From the human T2T-CHM13v2.0 reference genome, Homo sapiens, in NCBI RefSeq assembly GCF_009914755.1, contig NC_060937.1: a DNA stretch of 64,000 bases. The stretch is one strand, 5' to 3'. Below the pieces are notes generated by a model. The model did not search any database and had not been told where the DNA came from. It was given only the letters and a program-made list of their open reading frames with translations. A program made the position numbers and the translations under genes. Positions 54,306 through 64,000 of this stretch are shown here, piece by piece (the stretch's first letter is position 1; each line of letters starts with the position of its first letter).

Positions 54306-56138
54306 AAAAAGAAACCCTGTACCATTAGCAATCACTCCTGTTCTCTCCCTCCAGACCCTGGAAACCACTAATGTAGTTTGTTTCTCTATACTTGCCTATT
54401 CTAGGTTTGCCATATAAGTGGGATCGTACAAGTGTTGCCATGTGTGCCTGGCGTCTTTCACTTAGAACAATGTTTTCAGGGTTCCTCTACGTGTAGCATA
54501 TGTCAGTTCTTCATTCTTTTTCACTGATAAGTAATATTCCATTGTGTAAATATACCACTGTTGCTTATCTGTTTGTCCATTTATGGACATTTACATTGTT
54601 TTCACTTTTTGGCTAGTATGAATAATGCTGGTATAAATGTTTACGAATAAGTTTTGCGTAGAGGTGTGTTTTCAATGTTCTTGAGCTTATATACAGGAGT
54701 AGCATTGCTAGGTCATTTTGATAACATGTTTAACTTTTTGAAGTACTACCAAACTGTTTTCCAAAGTTTCTGTACCATTTTATCAACAATCCATGTATAT
54801 TCTAACTCCCCACATTCTTGCCCACACTCGTTGTTATCCATTTTTAATTGTAGCCATCTTTTGCTTGTGAAATGGCATCACATTTTGCATTCTATTTGCG
54901 TTTTCATGATGACTAATAATACTGAGCGTCTTTTTAGATGCTTATTGGTCATTTGTATATTTGAATAATCAAATCCTTTCCCCTTTTAAAATTATTTGTC
55001 TTTTTGTTGTTGACATGTAGGAGTTCTCTATATATTCTGGATATTAGACCTTTAAAAGTCATATGATTTGCAAATATTTTCTCCCATTCTGTGTTAACGT
55101 CACTTGATGAACAAAAGTTTTTCTTTTTTAATTTTGATTAAGTGTAATTTATCTTTTTTCTCTCCTTTTTTTGTGGTTTTGGCATCATATCTGATAAATC
55201 ATTGCCAAGTGTGAGGTCATAAAGGTTTACCTCCACGATTTCTTCCAAGAGTTTTATAGTTTTAGCTCTTGCATGTAGATCTTTGATATATTTTAAGTTA
55301 ATTTTTGTATATCCTGTGAGGTAAAGGTCCGATTTCTCTCTTTTACCTTTGGCTGTCTGGTTGTTTGAGCACGATTTATTGAAAAGGTGATGATTCTTTT
55401 CCAATTGTCTTTGCATCCTTATAAAAATTAATTGACAATGTCAGGATTTATTTCTGGACTCTAAAGTCTATTGCATTCATTCTTGTGACAGTACCACACA
55501 GTCTTTATTGCTATAATTTTGTGTTAAGTTTCAAAATCAAGGAGTGTGTGTCCCCCACGTTATACTTCTTTTTTAAGATTGTTTCTGGCAGTTTGGGGTC
55601 CATAGACTTTTAATATAAATATTAGAACCAGCTAGTCAACTGAAACCAAAAAATCCCCAATAACACCCAGCCATTATTTATATAGGAATTACATTAAATC
55701 TGCAAGTAATTTTGAGGACTATTATTAAGTTTTCCAATCTATGGACATGGGATGTCTTTCTATTTAATTTTAAGTATATAAGTCATGTACCACTTTTGTT
55801 AATTTACTCCTACATGTTTTTAATGCAATTGTAAGGGAAGAGTTTTCTTACTTTTACTTTCAGATTACTCAATTGGGTACATATACTACTGATTTTTTTA
55901 TATTGATTTTGTATTTTGTAACACTGTTGAATTTGTTTCTTAGCTCAATATTATTTTGTGGATTCATTAAGATTTTCTAAATACAAGGTCAAGTAATCTG
56001 CAAATATAATTTTATTTACTTATTTTCAATTTGTATGACTCACTTCTTTTTCTTATTTAATTGCCTTTGCTAGTTGGGAACTTTTACAGGCATTTTTGGT
56101 TTTCCTTATAGCTTTGACAATTTGGCAGCATGTATTTA

Positions 56139-56140
<2 letters not shown>

Positions 56141-56182
<42 letters not shown>
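56141..56182. repeat. (GT)21 microsatellite
   Basis: Direct read. Confidence 0.97.
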
Positions 56183-56185
<3 letters not shown>

Positions 56186-57531
56186 AAAATCAATCTTCTT
56201 TCACTCCGTGGGTACCTAGGCATTTCAAAGCTTGAATATTACCTCAGTTCTCATACATTTTTCTCTTCTTCATAAGTTGGGGTATTCTTACCCACTATTT
56301 TTGCTGTCTTGTCTGGAAATCTCTTTAGAGACACATGTTAGACATCTTTAAAAACCTTTCTGTTGTTTATTTTTTTTCTCAGACTTTGCATCTCTTTATC
56401 CTATCCTGTGATCCCGATTCTACTCTGGTGTCTGATCTTCTCCTCTGTTTGAGTTGCTATTCTATCTGTGTAAGAAGTTTGTATTTTATCTTTCATATTT
56501 TATATTACCAAGAGTTCTGTTTTTTTTCTTTCCATAGCAACCTTCTTTCAATGGCCTTTATGCCCTTTGAAATGTCTCTGAAGATACTAATTATAATTAC
56601 CTTAAATTTTCTTCTGTCCTTATATTTTAATTTTTAGATGTGTTACATACTGAGTTTTTCATTTTTTTTCCTTGTTTCTGATCATACTTTAAATGACAGT
56701 CTGGTTTAAATTAACAACTGAAAATGTATTTTCTCAGACTAAAGGATAATTACTCTTGCCTGGCAGTAAAAGCAGCTGGGATTGCAGCAGTTTCTCTCCT
56801 GTGAATGGCCAGTGGATTTGTGATGGTTGTGATCAAGTGGAGTTTCTTCATAGTTTGTTTTCTGGAGAGGGTGGTTGCAGACAGCCGTAAGGACCTGGAA
56901 GCAGCATTCCATTTATACAAACGTTAGAGTTATCTGTCAGGAGAGTGTTGGTACTGGCTCACCTGTCATAACCTTTAATTAACTACCACTTCATTGCATA
57001 TGACACACTCCTTCTCATAGCTTTGTTATCCCAGTTTTGGGGAATATTCCAAGGTTTTGTCAGAAGAGGCTCTTTTTTTAAACATTATCTTGGTTTCCAT
57101 TTGCTTTATGTCTTTCAAAAATGATTTACATTTGGGGTCTGGTGGTAAGATATTACTAGTTTTTTCAACACCCTCATCAATTTATTTTTATATTCATTCT
57201 GTCTTTGAAAGTGGTGTCTAGGCGTGGAAGAAAAATATCTTTTTTCTTGTTGTTCAGCAATTTTGATAGCATAATATCATCTCTTTTCAAATGAACCTTT
57301 TCTCTGCCACTGAGGCACAGCTGTATTGAAACACTGACTTGGCAGGTTTGTAATCAAGTTCTAACTTAAAACTTACTTTCTACATAAAAAAGAAAAGTTT
57401 ATTAGATGATGACATTGAAATATTCTCATCAGAAAATTCTAAATCATAAACTAAATCATGATGTCTGAGCCTGTCTAGTTTCACAAACCTGAAGAAGTAA
57501 GACTCTCTTTTAATTCTTTAAATACACAAAA

Positions 57532-57580
57532 AGAGAGAAAGAGAGAGAGAGAGAACGAGAGAGAGCGAGCGAGCTAGCAA
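57532..57580. repeat. (GA)n/(GAGC)n simple repeat
   Basis: Direct read. Confidence 0.85.
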
Positions 57581-58489
57581 GCACAGTGCACAGCCTGGTG
57601 GTGAAGTCTTTCTTCACTGTAGATCTTTATTTACTGTTTTTGTATATAGATAAAATTATTAAAAATACATATAATACCTAGTGACCTAGTGCACTCTATC
57701 TGCTATAGCGAGTCAGAATTTAAAATAAATTCCACATGATAAAATTCTTTGTTTCACTTAGAGTTACTAAGTGACATTCCAAGGGAGAAGTTCAATTGAA
57801 AAGTAAAATTAGTGGATCTTTTTGAAACTTCTGTGACCACATAGCAAAAGTCATTTGGTTGCAAAAGATGTCTTCATCCTACAGTCTTCTGTCTTCACCC
57901 ATCCTTTGAGATGCAAATGAGATGGCTCCAGGAATCACGCCCACAAGCCTTAATCCATGAGACAGATGTCTTGGTTTTCTCACTTCTTTGGGTCACTTTT
58001 CTCTAGTATTTTGGAGAGAAAAAAGGTTTCCTTAGCTCCTCTCCTGAGTTTGTAGAAGTAGTAGGATTTTTTTCTTCTTCTAATGTTACCTGGTTTCTAA
58101 TGTTTGCTCTAGATTCTTAAGGCCACTGTTCTTTTCAGCATGATTTTACTCCTGTCCCTAGAAACCTTACCATTCCTGCTACAAAGTGCTAATATCCTGT
58201 ACTATATTAGTGTGGCAGCATTTTATTGAAGATTTGGGTACTAAGGGAATTTTATGTGGGAAAATAAAATGAAAAAGAACAATAAATTTATCTTTCCCAG
58301 AACTCAATGGAAGAAAACCAAAGGCATTACTTGCTATTATTTTTTGTTCTTCTCTTATTGCACATTCTAGTTTCTAACCTTTCTTTTTTGTCTAAAAGTT
58401 ACAAAACTGAAATCCTTTCCCACCATCTTTTCTTTTTCTCTCCTCTTTTTTCAACTCCGTACTAGACACTGATTAATGCTTGTTCTTTT

Positions 58490-59090
58490 ATGTCATTGTT
58501 TTAAAATATTTTCACAAATTGTTTGGAATTTTCTCTTCAGGAAGTAGAGTCTATGACTCTTCCCCTTGAATCTCCATGGGACTTTATTGCTTCAGAGACA
58601 AGGAATGTCCCAAAAGTGATGCTGCTTGACTTTTGAGAGTAGGTAAGAAAAGACCATGAAGCTTCTGCTAGTACTCTTGGGATACTGATGTGAAAGCCTT
58701 TAGCTGCTTATTTATAGTAGTCTGTTTATCCTGGAGCCACCATTTGGGGAAGCTCATGGGGAGACTACGCACACACAAACACACACCTACACCTCTTCCC
58801 CCCAAAACACACACCAGAAGTGTGCACTCTTGAGAACAATGTCAGGGAGCCCCAACTATTTCACCTCACAGCTGTTTCAATCTTCCTAGCTCTGGAAGAC
58901 GTGAGCTGAGATGGTTTTAAGATGGCCCCAACCCAGCCACCATCTGACTCCAATAGCATGAGAGGCTTCTAAGGAGAACTTTCTTGATAAGTCCAGTCAA
59001 CCTCACATTTGTAAGCAAAATAAATGATTTTTTAAATTGTTTAGTTATTGTTTTAAGTGATTTGTTATACAGCAGTAGATAACTGGAGCA
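58490..59090 (+). mobile_element. MLT1 (G/H-like) LTR
   Basis: gtagagtctatgactcttccccttgaatct...cagccaccatctgact...ttgttatacagcagtagataactggagca. Confidence 0.82.
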
Positions 59091-61005
59091 TTTTATTATG
59101 CAAAGACATTTAATTGGTTTTGTTTAAACCTCTCTCTTCTAGACTATGCCCACAGAAACCCTTGATATCTCCTTCAGAATGATTCTTAAATGTCTTGCCC
59201 TCAATGAACAAGCTTTTGACTTCTGAATGTGCCTTCTCTCCTAGCAGCATAGCTCCCCTTTTCTCCATTCTATTCCTTTCTCTTCCCCTCTTTCTTTCTT
59301 TGTAATGTTTTTTTCTTTCTGTTACAGAAGCCTCTAAATTTGAACAGAAGAGAGATTTTTAAAAAATTCCTTTCAGATATATAAAACCGAGGGACAAAAA
59401 TTGGTATCACCTCAAAAAATCAGGACTTATGGATTCCAGTTTTTCCATTGACCATTTGAATCCACAATGACTCATCAGTGTACATTCATATATCAAGAAT
59501 TGCCTACATATCACAAAAGTGTATTTTTTGACATCATGTCGGAGAAGATGTGGTTAAAATTCCTATTCAGACCCTGAATTCACTTAGGAGCTAAGTTAGG
59601 AGCACTTATGTCTTTCGTGCTTTGATTTTGTTATTTTTGTTTACAAATCATGATTTGCATTTGAGAATAATTCTGGTTGCACTTTTAAATGCAAGTAAAT
59701 AACTTTTTTCTGTCTCAAAAGACAATAATCAGAAAACTATAGGATTTTAGGCAAAACAGATAGAATAACAACTTATGGTTGACTATTTGGAAATTTGTAT
59801 GGGAGGAGGTCATTTTACCTTTCAGTTTTGTGGATGGCAGTGGAGTGGCACTTGCTTTGGTGGAGTGGACCAGTCGTTAGTGACCCCATCTGAAACTACG
59901 GGAACATCTTCAACTTCTGAGGCCATTGCATGTAACGATCTGTGTCCTTGAGCATTACTTGTAATTACAAGAGAAGAGACACCATCCTCTCAGTACTAAA
60001 AAATAGCACTGCAATTAACTGTAGACGAAAATCAATGCCTCTTCACTCTAGTAATTCTCTTCATAATTTCCCAATTCTTAGTACTATCCCTTTTCCTTTT
60101 ACAGAAAAACAAAATCATAGAAGTAAAAATGGGAACTCCCCATTGAGCTGTCTCTTAACTCTTCTTAATCATTTGTCCATTCCAATCCTCTCCTTGCTTT
60201 TACTTAATACTAAGTGAGGTCTTGGTTCTTCAGCTGAAAGGTTTTTGTTTTGTTTGTTTTCCTTCCAGTTTTGCTTCATTACTGTTGGCGTGTCCATGGC
60301 TTTGAAAAATAAAATGTGCATAGGGTTTTCTAATAAAAATAAACATTTCTTTATTCCTAAAGATGCTATAGATTCTTAATTACTACAAAGCCCGCTCCAC
60401 AGACTTCAATGAAATAGTATAGGGAGTTGGTGAATAAGGTTCTTATCCTGCCCCAAGGCTCTTTTCATTGATGAAAATGATAATGTAAACTTTGTTAAGA
60501 TTAACCCCGCAAAATCATCATATTGGATATTCTCTTTTACATATAAATTATTTGCAGAATCCTAAACATTATGTATAATAATGCAGGAGGGATCCAGGAT
60601 ATCACCTTTTTGTTTTCATCCTCACATAACTCTGTGCATTTAAACCATAAAATATGCACAAATATCTCAGATGCATCACATATTCCATTTTTTTTTCTGT
60701 CTCCTCCTGGCATAGATGTCACCACCAGCTGAGTTTTGGTTGGCAGTCACTCGTTCCATCTTATGAGGAAGAGAGGTGTTGGTCATAAGACATGCATGTC
60801 TAGGCATTGTGGTATCTGGTGTCCACTTTTCTTTTGCAAAAATTAGCCTGGCCAGTGCTGATATCAGTTAAGCTTCAGCATTGAAAATTCAAAGCCTAAA
60901 TGTCTGCTTGAGGAAAATACCTGCTCCAGAGAAATTTCCATATTCTTGGTATGATTATTATGTTTTTTCATCAGGAAGGAATAAGGGGTGACTCCTGATG
61001 CTGGC

Positions 61006-61425
61006 TGTATTAGTCAGCATGAGAAAGAGAGAAAGAAAGACATTTAGGAATTAGCAGATATGATTGTGGGGGCTGGCAAGCCTTAAATCTATAGGGCAGG
61101 CTGGCAGGCTGAAAATTCAGGGAAGAGTTTATGCTGCCATCTTGAGTTGGAATTCCACAGAGTAGCAGAGAGGAAACGCAGGCAGGGCTTCTATGTTGCA
61201 GTCTTGTGAAAGAGTCCTTGTACATCCAAGAACCTCAGTCTTTTCTCTTAAAGTCCTTAAACTGATTGAACTACTAGGAAGAATCATTTGCTTTACTCAA
61301 AGTCCACTGATTTAAATGTTAATCACATCTAAAAAAATGCCTTCACTGAGAAATCTAGACTGGGGTTTGACCAAATACTGACACCCATAACCTAGCTAAG
61401 TTGACACAAAAAATTAACCATCACA
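61006..61425 (-). mobile_element. MLT2B-like LTR
   Basis: tgtattagtcag...ctagctaagttgacacaaaaaattaaccatcaca; TSD ctggc/ctgga. Confidence 0.9.
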
Positions 61426-61510
61426 CTGGACTTTATATAGGGCTGTGTTTAAACCACCCTAGAGATATCTGTTCAGTCTTTAAAGTCTTTGCTGAGAAAG
61501 TGTGCCATAG

Positions 61511-61870
<360 letters not shown>

Positions 61871-62084
61871 AAGTTTAATTTTTAAATCTACTGTCCTTAC
61901 ACTTTTCTGTAGTAGAAAAGGATACTAATTAGACTTCTTATATAATTCCTATTAAATTGATATGATTCTATAAACAACTTTTAAAATAATCCTCTAACAG
62001 ATTATTTCTACATGATATGAACAGTCCCGCATGTGCCTTGTGATGTGGTTTTAAGCTCCTAGGTTTAGCTTGTTTTTTTAAAAG

Positions 62085-62380
62085 CAGTTTTTATTGTATA
62101 ATTCACATTTCCTACAAATAATTCACTTAAAGTGAGTAAGTAAATGGCTCTTAGCATTTTCAAAGAGTTTTACAACCATCAATATCATCAATTTCAGGAC
62201 ATTTTCATCCCCCCAGAATGAAACCCTGTGCCCATTAGCAGTCACTCCATATTTCCTCTCAACTCTCCCTCTGCACCAGCCTGGGCCCCACGAACCTACT
62301 TTATGCATCTTTGAATTTGTATATAAATCTGGACATTTCATATAACTGGAATGGTGCAATGTGTGGCCCTTTCTGACTTG
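62085..62380 (-). mobile_element. L1MB 3' end fragment
   Basis: caatttcaggacattttcatccccc...aaaccctgtgcccattagcagtcactcc...ggacatttcatataa. Confidence 0.85.
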
Positions 62381-62499
62381 TCAAGGTTAGTTTTAAACTT
62401 TCAACTTTGTTAAGACCCACAAAATAGAAATGATTCCAGTAGAATGACTGAGAGCAGGTTAAAAAATTATTTTCAAAAATCCATTGGGCATTTATTTTT

Positions 62500-62800
62500 T
62501 TATTAGCTCCTCTCACCAAAAGTGAGTCACTTTGTTTACTTTTTAAAAATGTTTTAACAGAATCATGAGTTTGGTTCTTGTTTTGTGAATTCTGAATTAG
62601 GGCTTATTTTTCTGAAACAGACGTGGAACGTTTGCTCAGTTTTTCTCACAGTCCAGTCACTCTCTTCCTTGCAGCCTGGAGATGGTTTAAGGGGCCAACC
62701 ACATCCTACCAGAAGCACCACCCACCCCGCGCACTCACTCCTGCATTCCTGACTCAGTTCCCAATCCTGCTCCCTTGTCAGCAGCGTCTAATATGCTCCC
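62500..62800. promoter_or_regulatory. Candidate AP-1/TEAD/FOX enhancer
   Basis: TGAGTCA 62523 next to TGTTTAC 62533; GCATTCC 62743 abutting TGACTCA 62750; CACCC boxes at about 62718-62728. Confidence 0.45.
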
Positions 62801-63569
62801 ATTTCCACTTTACACTATTTAAATCACAATTTGTTTTAAATATAAAATTTGTCACCCAATTATCTTATTTTCTCCACATTGCTTTACTTTGCACTCGGTG
62901 TTCACACATATATATTATTCTCAAGTGATTGTCAAAAATTTTTGGTAAAATCTGGGATGTAGCTATAATTAATTGCTTTGTATACAAATGAAACGATAGT
63001 TTTCTTAACTGATACTCAGAAAAAATTATTTTTCATAACCGTGTAGCAATATCTTCCTATTAGATGTACATATTTAAAAACAAAATAGGGTGAATTATCA
63101 TATAACCAATGATTTAATAACTGAAAAGTATGTGAAGGATATGTGTTAGGTGTAAACAATTACATTAAGAAATTACAACTAAATTTTTTAAAAATATACA
63201 TATTACACATACATATATATTTGAGATTTACTTTCCTATAATCACTCTTATTTCTCATTTTTTTGGAGGAGAGTTGGTATATAAACTGTAAGTACATACT
63301 AATAATTTTTCTATTCATTACTGCCTAGAAGCATTATTTCTAACTATATTATACCAATCAGCTAATAACATGAATATGAATCCTGATGGCAGCCATACCT
63401 AATATCTAGTATATTACCAGGAGAATGGGCTAGAGGATTTGTTATGTATCTGATGGCTTGATTTAGTGACTCAGCTTTCTGTACATTGAAAGTTGTCCTT
63501 ATTAAAGCAAATATTTCTTGTCTTATGAAGTTATCACAGTGGATGTATAAGATTTTTTAATACTAAAAT

Positions 63570-63770
63570 CTTTATTCATTTATGTACTCACTTGGCCACT
63601 CACTTATGACAACTAAATTGTCCTCAGAGCTGTGGCTTGGCATTGGGAGGACCATGATGAACAGACAGAGCCTGCCCTCGTAAAACTTAGTCTCACGTGG
63701 GAGCAGACATTAAGGCAAATATTCAGACAAATGAATGCAAAATTGTAATTGCTGTAAATACTGAAAGAAC
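63570..63770 (-). mobile_element. L2 3' end
   Basis: ttggcattgggaggaccatgatgaacagacagagcctgccctcgtaaaacttagtct...gagcagaca. Confidence 0.7.
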
Positions 63771-64000
63771 ACTGCTGCTTCTCAACTGCTTAGACACAGG
63801 AAATAACAACACATTCTGGCTTCACAGAAATGAGTATTCTTTGTTTTACTTTGTTTTTTATATGTTACCAGCTGGTATTATAAAACATTATTTTTTTCTT
63901 TTCAGCCTCATATTGACAAATATCCAATCAAATATATTGGTATTCTTACTTAATTAATTTTAAAGATTAAAGTTTTCATGCCAGCAAGAATAGAGCGTGG

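Overview
AT-rich, CpG-poor primate (human-like) genomic DNA, intergenic or deep intronic. I find no credible protein-coding gene: the listed ORFs are short, and many lie inside Alu, L1, LTR or microsatellite sequence. Much of the window is transposon fossil: THE1, MST, MLT1, MLT2, LTR47-like and MER4-group LTRs, L1MA/MB/ME/PA, L2, MIR, seven Alus, and hAT DNA transposons. Many are nested with visible target-site duplications (TSDs). Subfamily names come from my recall of consensus sequences and need RepeatMasker/Dfam confirmation. Signals not explained by repeats: (i) a templated-insertion plus inversion scar in an MLT1 LTR (22.9-24.1 kb) and a micro-inversion scar in an L1 (4.3-4.4 kb); (ii) well-formed minus-strand exon candidates (48.6, 44.7, 26.5, 15.4 kb) and a plus-strand LTR-to-exon pair (10.8/11.9 kb) suggesting spliced lncRNAs; (iii) motif-dense unique blocks and a CpG-rich patch in an ancient L2 that look like enhancers or promoters. 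I could not identify the locus and see no firm evidence of a novel multi-gene system.
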